The notes under the pieces: generated by a model | Told to the model about the DNA's origin: nothing | Database searches by the model: none | What the model saw: only the letters and a program-made list of their open reading frames with translations | Position numbers and translations under genes: made by a program | Assembly (NCBI GenBank): GCA_963720265.1 | Contig: CAVRET010000002.1 | Span: 750,069-814,068, forward strand | Reading direction: 5' to 3' | Source: an uncultured bacterium | GTDB taxonomy: Bacteria; Patescibacteriota; Saccharimonadia; UBA4664 | Length of the DNA stretch: 64,000 bases | In this document: one piece after another, positions 9,156 to 16,393 of the stretch | Numbering within the stretch: the stretch's first letter is position 1 | Layout of the letters: the number at the start of each line of letters is the position of its first letter

Positions 9156-9659
9156 CTACTCGGGCTGACGCCACACGATCACCAGAACGCTGGCATCGGC
9201 CAGGCGGATCACGCGATAGTCATAAGGGGTCAGGCTCATCTCGGCCGCCAGCCTGCGCGCAGGAACCCAGAGCTGCGATTCCGCCAGGCGGGTACCGTTG
9301 AGCACCGAGATGCCGCGCTCCTGCGGGATGAGCAGTTTGAATCCGACCAGCCCCGGTCCCAGCCCAACCGGCCGCCCGCCCTCCGCCACTGCGAAGGTGT
9401 AGTCGTACTCCGGGAACTCGGTCAGTGCGTCGACGAGCTGGACCATGCCCGTCCGCGTTGCCAGGAGCTCTGAGCTGTGCAGGGCTACAAATTGATCGGG
9501 GTAGGCCGCGCTCACGTCCTGGGACCCCGCGCTGCCTACGAGCGCAAGCGTCCCCATGGCCAGCTCGAACGGCATCACGCCGCAAAAGAGCGGAACGCTG
9601 GAGTCGGTGTCGGGAATGCCGTACACCGTCACCACGAGCTTCATCGCCGTGTCATTCAT
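9156..9659 (-). CDS. hypothetical protein, paralog family B (member 2)
   Basis: The start is assigned to ATG at 9659 (MNDTAMKLVV...) by homology of its leader CGAAGGGATGTGGCGATG to copy 2. The longer ORF-track start at 9695 lies inside the conserved promoter element. Confidence 0.6.
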   Translation of the reverse strand: MNDTAMKLVVTVYGIPDTDSSVPLFCGVMPFELAMGTLALVGSAGSQDVSAAYPDQFVALHSSELLATRTGMVQLVDALTEFPEYDYTFAVAEGGRPVGLGPGLVGFKLLIPQERGISVLNGTRLAESQLWVPARRLAAEMSLTPYDYRVIRLADASVLVIVWRQPE

Positions 9660-9696
9660 CGCCACATCCCTTCGTGTGTGCTGAGGCGTGAACAAT

Positions 9697-9725
9697 ATTA
9701 AATGCCCATATAGTCACTCGGTCAA
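9697..9725 (-). promoter_or_regulatory. sigma70-like promoter TTGACC-17-TTTAAT (cassette module, copy 3)
   Basis: Minus-strand -35 is plus 9720-9725 and -10 is plus 9697-9702, with a 17-nt spacer. The -35 box directly abuts the U-tract of the upstream terminator. Confidence 0.5.
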
Positions 9726-9771
9726 CAAAAAAACACCGGTGACCGCGAATACGTTCGCGCGCGGCCACCGG
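9721..9771 (-). terminator. intrinsic terminator (12-bp stem with one mismatch, U7 tract on minus strand)
   Basis: ccggtgaccgcg..cgcggccaccgg is followed on the minus strand by UGUUUUUUUG. It lies downstream of the truncated paralog 9965..10279. Confidence 0.6.
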
Positions 9772-9964
9772 TTCTTCATCTGCACCCCTCTGAGCCGTTC
9801 TGGTCCTGGGCTTACATCGGCGTCCACTTTCGTACGACAACTATGGCTGCGCCGCTGGGCAGGGGGATTACCTCTACATCCGGGTTCCCGAATCCGATGC
9901 TTGCCGCGTCGGCCAGCTCGCGGACGATCTGGGCGAGCGCCACAGGGTTGGGCGCGTTGGCCAC

Positions 9965-10279
9965 CTACTTGTAAGCCCACTCGCCGGTGAGCATGTGGAT
10001 CTGTCCGTCCCCGTCACTCACCTCATGCTCGAAGATGTACTCAAACAAACCGAACTGCCCCACGTCAGTGCGCGTCTCGCCAACCGGCAGCTCGATTAGC
10101 TCCGGCAAGCGCACCGAGTAGACACTGCCATCCCGCCGCTGCCCGTCGCAGAAGGGGTGATTGCTCACACGCGCGAAGTAGGGGAAGACGTCACCGGCGC
10201 CCATCCGGGCAGTCCCGACCAGCATGGATGCCACTTGGCCATCAGGGTCGATCCCCAGGATGGTCACGTTTACAGGCAT
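9965..10279 (-). CDS. truncated family-B paralog (104 aa; covers only the N-terminal part; possible gene remnant)
   Basis: VNVTILGIDPDGQ.. and FEYIFEHEV align to MKLVVTVYGIPDTD.. and EYDYTFAVAE of family B. There is a GAGAGGAG RBS 9 nt upstream and a TTGAAA-17-GATAAT promoter. Confidence 0.45.
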   Translation of the reverse strand: MPVNVTILGIDPDGQVASMLVGTARMGAGDVFPYFARVSNHPFCDGQRRDGSVYSVRLPELIELPVGETRTDVGQFGLFEYIFEHEVSDGDGQIHMLTGEWAYK

Positions 10280-10329
10280 GTCGAAAAACTCCTCTCGTCT
10301 CGGCAGTCAGGTACGATTCGCGGGACACA

Positions 10330-10358
10330 ATTATCCACCAAAATGAAGCATTTTTCAA
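10330..10358 (-). promoter_or_regulatory. sigma70-like promoter TTGAAA-17-GATAAT for 9965..10279
   Basis: Minus-strand -35 is plus 10353-10358 and -10 is plus 10330-10335, with an exact 17-nt spacer. It sits in an AT-rich divergent intergenic region. Confidence 0.35.
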
Positions 10359-10388
10359 CTTTTTGAGTAAAGCCTTACAATCTATACC

Positions 10389-10925
10389 ATGACCACTTCA
10401 GCTGTTACCCGTTCCACCCAATCCGATGCCCAATGGCGTGCCGAAATTAGCACCTTCATCCGCCAAGCTAGCCGCAGCTTGCGCCCGCTCCTCATCGACT
10501 ACCTCTTCGACCCCGACACCGGCGAACTCGTGCCCCAGCGCCTCTACCGCTACCACGTCTACGATGATTACTTAACCCGCGACCGCGACGACTTCGAATT
10601 CGGCTTCGACCTCATCACGCGCGCCGAGCACATCACGAAACCGCGCTCCTATGGCGTTTACATCATCGAGCTCGACAACAACAAAAACCACCTCTACGTC
10701 GGCCAAACCTGGTACGAGCCGCACGAGCGTCTAGCACAGCACAACACCGGCTTCGCGGCCTTCCACGCCGCCCGCCCGTTCAAGCGCGGCAGCCGGGGAG
10801 TCCTCCGCCCGGATCTCTACTCGCACCTCCCGCGCTTCCGCTCTCAATCCCAAGCCGAAGAACTCGAAGCCCGCGTCGCCCATGAACTCACACGCCAAGG
10901 CTTCCGCGTCGAGGGCGGGCACTAA
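10389..10925 (+). CDS. GIY-YIG nuclease family protein
   Basis: YGVYIIELDNNKNHLYVGQT followed by ERLAQHNTG matches the GIY-YIG core (GIY...YIG...R..H N.G) of YhbQ/Slx1-like small nucleases. It also has an N-terminal extension of about 80 aa. Confidence 0.6.
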   Translation: MTTSAVTRSTQSDAQWRAEISTFIRQASRSLRPLLIDYLFDPDTGELVPQRLYRYHVYDDYLTRDRDDFEFGFDLITRAEHITKPRSYGVYIIELDNNKNHLYVGQTWYEPHERLAQHNTGFAAFHAARPFKRGSRGVLRPDLYSHLPRFRSQSQAEELEARVAHELTRQGFRVEGGH

Positions 10926-10987
10926 GGTAACAAAGTCTAATACGAATAATTATAAAACGGCAGGTAAAGCTGTTGAAGCGGACACGC

Positions 10988-11016
10988 TTGAGGTGGTAGT
11001 GAAACAAGAAGATAAT
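10988..11016 (+). promoter_or_regulatory. sigma70-like promoter TTGAGG-17-GATAAT for the DUF2283-cupin genes
   Basis: -35 at 10988-10993 and -10 at 11011-11016, with an exact 17-nt spacer. The ATG at 11059 has GGAG 9 nt upstream. Confidence 0.4.
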
Positions 11017-11058
11017 AAAGCTCATCATTATTACGGAATATTTCTTGGAGTCGGAGTC

Positions 11059-11265
11059 ATGAAGATTACCTACGACAAACAGGCGGATGCGGCTTACATT
11101 AAGCTGACCAATAAGGCCAAATGCCAGGTTAGTCGCAAGGTGTCTGAAGACGTCATGGTTGACTATGCCGAAGGTGGTACGGTGGTGGGTATTGAGATTT
11201 TGGACGCTTCAAAGAACATGCCGCTATCGGTTAAACAGACCCAAGTGCCGATCGAAAGCGCTTAG
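11059..11265 (+). CDS. DUF2283 family protein (68 aa)
   Basis: MKITYDKQADAAYIKL...VVGIEILDASK is the hallmark DUF2283 pattern. The ORF-track upstream extension to 10882 is low-complexity and overlaps the promoter. Confidence 0.6.
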   Translation: MKITYDKQADAAYIKLTNKAKCQVSRKVSEDVMVDYAEGGTVVGIEILDASKNMPLSVKQTQVPIESA

Positions 11266-11284
11266 ATAACCATAAGGAGCACGC

Positions 11285-11623
11285 ATGGCAGCACCAACCA
11301 AATCGAATTTCGCAAAACCCGACCAAACAATGCACCCGACCGAAAACATGACAGTCGATACGGTGGAGCTCGGCGGCCACACGTTCTATCGCGTTACCAT
11401 CCAGCCAGGCTGGCGCTGGACCAAAGACCTGGCACCCGTCGTCGGCACCAAGACCTGCCAGATGGACCACCTACTTTATATCCTGAGCGGCCGGGTGGCC
11501 GCACGCGCCGATAGCGGCGAGGAAGTGGAATTTGCGGGCGGCGACTTAGCCAGCATCCCACCCGGCCACGACGGTTGGACCGTCGGCGACGAGCCGGCCG
11601 TCTGGATCGAAATCCCGCACTGA
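11285..11623 (+). CDS. cupin domain protein
   Basis: About 110 aa with beta-barrel-like motifs (GWRW...HLLYILSGRV...GD...IPPGH) consistent with a small cupin. Confidence 0.55.
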   Translation: MAAPTKSNFAKPDQTMHPTENMTVDTVELGGHTFYRVTIQPGWRWTKDLAPVVGTKTCQMDHLLYILSGRVAARADSGEEVEFAGGDLASIPPGHDGWTVGDEPAVWIEIPH

Positions 11624-11647
11624 GCCCGGTGCGACGGTAGCCTAACC

Positions 11648-12040
11648 CTAAAACTCCAGCCTAAACGTGGGGTGGTCGGTGAGATCGGGTAGCTGGTCAA
11701 AGTATTGGTTCACCTCACGGCCGACCCGCCGGCGGTAGTGGGCCACCACCCGCTCGCGCTCCGGACCCGATACCTCCACCACTGTAAACGGGTTTTTAAC
11801 CCAGCCGCGCCGTAGCTCGCCACGCCCGGCGGCGCGCAGATTGCGCACCCAATCGCTGTCGCCGCGCGTTGAAACCACGTATTTTTTACCCTCAACCGTC
11901 ACGGGTATCACGGCCGCCACCCTCACCACGCCGCTGCGACGGCCGGGAATTGCCACTGCCGGCGCACCAATTCGGGCCAGGAAATTATTCAGTTTGCGCG
12001 CTTTGCCATCCGGTTTGATATATTTGCGCGAATCCGCCAT
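11648..12040 (-). CDS. nitroreductase-family deazaflavin (F420H2)-dependent oxidoreductase (DUF385)
   Basis: About 130 aa with RIGAPAVAIPGRRSG..VIPVTVEGKKYVVSTRGDSDWVRNL, the characteristic F420H2-dependent reductase family signature. Confidence 0.7.
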   Translation of the reverse strand: MADSRKYIKPDGKARKLNNFLARIGAPAVAIPGRRSGVVRVAAVIPVTVEGKKYVVSTRGDSDWVRNLRAAGRGELRRGWVKNPFTVVEVSGPERERVVAHYRRRVGREVNQYFDQLPDLTDHPTFRLEF

Positions 12041-12134
12041 CCCAGATTTCCTTACTCAGTTACATTATGCACCAAAGAGGCGTCATTGCTTTTATATATT
12101 GTTTTTGTTCTAATATATCGACGCACATATAAAT

Positions 12135-12908
12135 GTGAATAAATCCTACGACGGGATCGGTGGTTGCATGACCGCGATCAACTACGAGTCCTACGATCGG
12201 GCCGTCTTGGCGTCAGTTGCCAAGTTTCTGGTGGACCTGACCCGTACCGCCGACGCACAGCTCACGCCCCGCGAAATCGTTGCGAAGTACAACGCTGTCG
12301 TGCCGCTGCTGAGATTGATTGCGACGGTTAAAACGTGCTCGCCCAGCACCATCCTCGACACTGTGCTTACGTTCCTGGCACAGCAGTGGCGCGCTGAACA
12401 GGGCCGCTGGCACAGCGAAAAGGGATCGGCGAACGACGACGCCTGCCATCTGTGGTTCTGGTACGGCGGGCTCGAAGGCGACATCCTGTGGGCACGGGTG
12501 AAGAAGGTGCCGGTCCAGGAGCGGCTGTACGTCATGGTGGAGCTGCTCGACGGGCTCGACCCAGACTGGCGGAAGTACGTCAAGCGCAGCTGGTGCCGGA
12601 GCGGAGTGCCAATCGTCTGCCAGGTGTTCCTGAATGGTGAAGCCACATCAATTCACCTGGTGCTGAAGCTCTGCCTCCGCCTCGGCATGTCCGAGCTGAG
12701 CTTGTCAGACCGAGACTGGTACAAAAGCGTCCAATGGCTCGCCCTCCGCGGACTCATCGCCCGCGACCTGCGAGCGGGAACCGGCGGGCGGGAGTTCGAC
12801 CGTAAACTGGCACTCGCCTGGTGGGAAGAGGCGCGCACGGGCCGCCCCAACCGCCGGGCGGTCCGCCGCACCTCGCCACTACCGATTCTCGCCAGGCGAA
12901 CCGCCTGA
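12135..12908 (+). CDS. hypothetical protein (257 aa)
   Basis: Long ORF with no recognised family. It is followed immediately by the REP-like hairpin. Confidence 0.5.
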   Translation: MNKSYDGIGGCMTAINYESYDRAVLASVAKFLVDLTRTADAQLTPREIVAKYNAVVPLLRLIATVKTCSPSTILDTVLTFLAQQWRAEQGRWHSEKGSANDDACHLWFWYGGLEGDILWARVKKVPVQERLYVMVELLDGLDPDWRKYVKRSWCRSGVPIVCQVFLNGEATSIHLVLKLCLRLGMSELSLSDRDWYKSVQWLALRGLIARDLRAGTGGREFDRKLALAWWEEARTGRPNRRAVRRTSPLPILARRTA

Positions 12909-12916
12909 CACCCGAC

Positions 12917-12960
12917 GGCCCATGAAGACGGCCCATGCCCGCTTCATGGGCCGTCTTCGT
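12917..12960. repeat. REP-like palindromic element, copy 2 (perfect 14-bp stem)
   Basis: cccgacggcccatgaagacggcccatg-cccgctt-catgggccgtcttcgt. The motif gacggcccatg occurs twice directly and once inverted. It is the same element as 1128-1172 and creates spurious MKTAHA.. ORFs on both strands. Confidence 0.55.
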
Positions 12961-13006
12961 ATATATGCACATGCCTGGTTCGTGTGCGCTTTGTTACGAT
13001 GGTCAC

Positions 13007-13765
13007 ATGTCAGAACCACTCACCATCCTCATCACCGGCGCCAGCTCCGGGTTTGGCGAAGCCACCGCCCGCCTACTGGCCGAATCCGGCCACAATCTCG
13101 TGCTCGTGGCCCGGCGCAAAGACCGGCTCGATAAGCTCGCGAAAGAGCTCAAAACCAACGTCCACACCGCGTCCTGCGACATCACCAAGCGCGCCGATGT
13201 GGAGCGCCTCTTCGAGAATCTCCCACCCGCCTTCGCCGACATCGACGTGCTCATAAATAACGCCGGCCTGGCACTCGGCGCCGACCCCATGCCCAAAGCC
13301 GGCCTCGACGATTGGGAGACCATGGTCGACACCAACATCAAAGGCCTCCTGTACCTCACCCACCGCGCCGTCCCGCGCCTGATCGAAAAGGGCAGCGGGC
13401 TCATTGTAAACCTCGGCTCGGTCTCGGCCTTTTTGCCGTACAAAGGCTCAAACGTCTACGGCGCCACCAAGGCCTTTGTTCGCCAATTTTCGCGCAACCT
13501 GCGCACCGATCTGGCCGGCACCGGTGTAAAAGTTACCAACATTGAACCCGGCATGGCCCTGACCGAATTCTCCACTGTGCGCTATGCTGGCGACCAGCAG
13601 AAATTCGACGATTACTACAAAGGCACGTACCCGCTTCAACCCGAAGACGTCGCCCGCACTATCGTCTGGGCCATCGACCAACCGGCCCACGTCAACATTG
13701 ACAACATCGAGGTATGGCCGCTCGATCAAACCTACGGCGGCGCGGCCGTGCACCGCCGGAAGTAA
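13007..13765 (+). CDS. SDR-family NAD(P)-dependent oxidoreductase
   Basis: N-terminal ILITGASSGFGEATAR (TGxxxGxG), NNAG, and a downstream catalytic Y-x3-K (YGATK). About 253 aa from ATG at 13007. Confidence 0.8.
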   Translation: MSEPLTILITGASSGFGEATARLLAESGHNLVLVARRKDRLDKLAKELKTNVHTASCDITKRADVERLFENLPPAFADIDVLINNAGLALGADPMPKAGLDDWETMVDTNIKGLLYLTHRAVPRLIEKGSGLIVNLGSVSAFLPYKGSNVYGATKAFVRQFSRNLRTDLAGTGVKVTNIEPGMALTEFSTVRYAGDQQKFDDYYKGTYPLQPEDVARTIVWAIDQPAHVNIDNIEVWPLDQTYGGAAVHRRK

Positions 13766-13774
13766 CGTCGCCAA

Positions 13775-13809
13775 TAAAAAACGCCGGCACAGGTCCGGCA
13801 TTTTTTATT
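13775..13809. terminator. bidirectional terminator between convergent genes
   Basis: aaaaaa-cGCCGGcacaggtCCGGCa-ttttttatt: a short GC stem flanked by an A-tract and a T-tract. Confidence 0.45.
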
Positions 13810-13819
13810 CCAGCGATCT

Positions 13820-14350
13820 CTAGTTTGAGAACGGGCTGGCGTTGTTGGCGATCTGGAACCATTGCTGGCTCGCGGTACTCGCGTTGCAGGCGTTTTCATC
13901 GAGCTGTACGCCCACTACTGATGAATCGAGGCACTTGCCGGTAGCGACATTGAAGAACTCATTGCCGTTTACGATCACGAAGCGCTGGGCTGCCACAATC
14001 CCGTTGCAGGCAGCCAAGTTAATTGGGTTTCCGGCCGCCGTGGTGCTGTTTAAGCACTGAAACGATCCCGCCTTAGTGTCTTCAAGCGTATACGCAATCT
14101 GGGTGCCGTCGTAGTAACCGGCCCGGTTAATGTAAAACTTTTGGTTAAGCAGACCATTACAGTTGTCCAAAAGCACCTTTGAGCCGCTCGTAAAGCCACT
14201 CACTTCCATGCAAATGCCCGAGGTTGGGCTGCCAACTGACCATGCGCCGCTCGGAGGAGTGGTGGCCTCGGCTGTCAGCGGAGCGAGCCCGGCGGCGACT
14301 CCCATTACTGCTGTAAATATCCCGGCCATTGCTATGCGGTCAAGCCTCAT
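13820..14350 (-). CDS. secreted ricin-type beta-trefoil lectin domain protein
   Basis: N-terminal signal peptide (MRLDRIAMAGIFTAVMGVAAGLAPLTAEA). It carries repeated C..L.. and QxW-like elements (QQWFQ, QRFVI, QKFYI). The start at 14350 has AGGAGG 7 nt upstream. Confidence 0.6.
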   Translation of the reverse strand: MRLDRIAMAGIFTAVMGVAAGLAPLTAEATTPPSGAWSVGSPTSGICMEVSGFTSGSKVLLDNCNGLLNQKFYINRAGYYDGTQIAYTLEDTKAGSFQCLNSTTAAGNPINLAACNGIVAAQRFVIVNGNEFFNVATGKCLDSSVVGVQLDENACNASTASQQWFQIANNASPFSN

Positions 14351-14490
14351 GAGCATTCCTCCTGTCTTAATTGGGTCCATCTTTGAGGTTAGCCCTTATA
14401 GAAGAGCAGTGTCAATTTAGAGCCATAATCAGTTTGGGCAAATGGCCAAAAATTTGTCAAAAGCACCACTTATGCATTGTGGATAAGCTA

Positions 14491-14519
14491 TTGACAAAAG
14501 CGTAATAATACCTGATAAT
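14491..14519 (+). promoter_or_regulatory. consensus sigma70 promoter TTGACA-17-GATAAT
   Basis: -35 at 14491-14496 and -10 at 14514-14519, with an exact 17-nt spacer. A near-duplicate of the -35 region (TTGTCAAAAGCAC) sits about 40 bp upstream. Confidence 0.5.
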
Positions 14520-14587
14520 TGTACGTTGCAGTAGTACAATCGCACGGTGAAATTCCATCACGGAAAATCCCAGAGGAGAGTATCTGC

Positions 14588-15082
14588 ATGACCGATATCT
14601 GCAGCGAAGTCGAGCCGATCCAGGTCTTCATGATCGACGGTAAGCTCGATGTCAGTGCGCTTGGCAGAAGGAGTAACAGGCGACTCGGTGAGCTAATCAG
14701 TCATACCGGGCGCTTCGTAGCAGCGAGACAAAAGGAACGCCGCCGACTTGGCTGGCAGCTCCGGGACGTCTGGCGCCGATGCCGGCACCTGCCGCAACGG
14801 CAAAGCCCGTTCCAGAGCGCCGCCATAATGGCGTTCTCGTACTTCACTGAGCTTCACCAGATCGTCACCGAGTCCGGCAAGGTCCTGACCGGCGAAGCCA
14901 ACCGGCGCGCCTGGGTTGCCTACCTCGTCACTCAGATCGAAGGATCGACCGAAGCGGAGCTATTGCAACTCCTTCTGCTGCCAACGAATGCGGCGGCGGA
15001 AGAGGCTGAGCTCGACATCGTCACACAAGACGACAGCTATCTCAATGGCCTGCTCGCGACCTCAGAGAGACTATCGGTCTGA
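14588..15082 (+). CDS. hypothetical protein (164 aa)
   Basis: ATG at 14588 with a GAGGAGAG RBS, downstream of the consensus promoter. No family recognised. Confidence 0.45.
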   Translation: MTDICSEVEPIQVFMIDGKLDVSALGRRSNRRLGELISHTGRFVAARQKERRRLGWQLRDVWRRCRHLPQRQSPFQSAAIMAFSYFTELHQIVTESGKVLTGEANRRAWVAYLVTQIEGSTEAELLQLLLLPTNAAAEEAELDIVTQDDSYLNGLLATSERLSV

Positions 15083-15227
15083 CCACAATTTGGCCCCGGG
15101 CAATCCGCCCGGAGCTTTAAGCCGCCGGCGCTGCAGCTCCCGTCCACTGCAGCGCCGGCCCGGACCCAAGTTCACTGGCCAAATCACCAGCGAGTTTAGG
15201 GCCGGGAAGTGCTATTATCAAGCCATA

Positions 15228-15455
15228 ATGAGTACAGCCAAACGACTTTACCGCTCCCGGTCCGACCGCTTTATCGCCGGCGTTTGCGGTGGCATTGCCG
15301 AATACCTCGACCTCGACTCCACGCTGATCCGCTTAGTCGCACTCGTGCTCGTGTTTGCCGGCGCTGGAATTCTTGCCTACTTGATCGCTTGGGTAATTAT
15401 GCCGGAAGAACCGGTAAGCAATGATACTAAGGAGGGCACTGTCGCCAAAAGTTAG
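15228..15455 (+). CDS. PspC domain-containing membrane protein
   Basis: [37 protein letters not shown] is the canonical PspC domain signature, followed by a TM helix. Confidence 0.65.
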   Translation: MSTAKRLYRSRSDRFIAGVCGGIAEYLDLDSTLIRLVALVLVFAGAGILAYLIAWVIMPEEPVSNDTKEGTVAKS

Positions 15456-15526
15456 CAAAAACCCCATTGCAACGCCCGCCCGGGCATGGCATGATTGCGG
15501 CCTAACTGAAGCAAAGGAACCGCAAT

Positions 15527-15943
15527 ATGAGCCAATTGTTTATCAATCCCTACATTAACTTTCAGGGCCACGCCAGAGAGGCCATGGAATTTTATCAGAA
15601 GGCACTCGGCGGCCAGCTCGACCTGCAAGCCGGCGTCGCCGGCCAGGCGCCCAAACCGGCCGGGCCAAACGACCCCGTCATGCACGCCCGGCTCGAGTCC
15701 GACGGCGCCATTATCATGGGCACTGACGGCATGCCCGAGTATCCGACCACCAAGGGCGACGACTTTGCCATAGCGCTCGGCGGCTCTGACGAAGAGCGCC
15801 TTACCAAGGCTTTCGAGATGCTAGGCGAGGGCGGCAAGATCAAGCAGCCGCTTACGAAAGCCGACTGGGGCGATATGTTCGGCTGGCTCGAGGACAAATT
15901 TGGCATCAACTGGATGGTCAATATCAGCAAAGGCAACAATTAA
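15527..15943 (+). CDS. VOC (glyoxalase-fold) family protein, PhnB-like
   Basis: 138 aa (PYINFQGHAREAMEFYQKALGG..) with a two-module glyoxalase-like pattern. The paralog lies immediately downstream. Confidence 0.65.
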   Translation: MSQLFINPYINFQGHAREAMEFYQKALGGQLDLQAGVAGQAPKPAGPNDPVMHARLESDGAIIMGTDGMPEYPTTKGDDFAIALGGSDEERLTKAFEMLGEGGKIKQPLTKADWGDMFGWLEDKFGINWMVNISKGNN

Positions 15944-16012
15944 TAGGAGGAAACAGCAATAGCGGACGCAAAACTGGACCCCTATATCGCGCGTGACGGC
16001 GACACCAAGCCA

Positions 16013-16393
16013 ATGCTCGAGTTTTACCACGGCATCTTGGGTGGCCAGCTCGACCTGCAGACCTACGGGCAATCGCCCATGCCGGCACCCGATAGTCATA
16101 AAGATAAGATCCTCCACGGCGTGCTCGAGGCCGGCGACCATATCACCATTATGGCCGCCGATTCACCGCCGGACATGCCGTTATCAAGCACCCATTCCAA
16201 CATCAGCCTCAGCCTCACGGGCCCGGACGAAGACACACTAAAAAAGGCCTTCGACGCCCTGGCGGACGGGGGCAAGATTACCATGCCCCTCGAAAAGCAA
16301 TTTTGGGGTGATCTGTTTGGCATGGTCGACGACAAATTCGGCACTCACTGGATGATTAACATCGGCGCAGGCGAACCGCAGCCCAAAGCCTAG
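16013..16393 (+). CDS. VOC family protein, PhnB-like paralog (start probably upstream of the first ATG)
   Basis: Paralogous to 15527..15943. Homology (KLDPYIARDGDTKPMLEFYH vs LFINPYINFQGHAREAMEFYQ) extends about 15 codons upstream of ATG 16013, in an open frame with AGGAGG at 15945-15950 but no ATG. Confidence 0.6.
   Translation: MLEFYHGILGGQLDLQTYGQSPMPAPDSHKDKILHGVLEAGDHITIMAADSPPDMPLSSTHSNISLSLTGPDEDTLKKAFDALADGGKITMPLEKQFWGDLFGMVDDKFGTHWMINIGAGEPQPKA

Noticed and set aside
9660-9695. Longer start (ATG 9695) for family-B member 2
   Set aside because: That ATG lies within the conserved promoter-proximal ATTGTTCACGCC element. Homology of the leader to copy 2 places the start at 9659.
8351-9772. 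Possible CRISPR array suggested by the recurring aatattaaatactaa / hairpin motif
   Set aside because: Copies are about 670 bp apart, separated by protein-coding genes, and are not short regularly spaced repeats. They are terminator-promoter modules of duplicated gene cassettes.
10882-11058. Upstream extension of the DUF2283 ORF to 10882 (127 aa)
   Set aside because: The extension is low-complexity, overlaps the GIY-YIG gene end and contains the TTGAGG-17-GATAAT promoter. The start at 11059 has a proper RBS.
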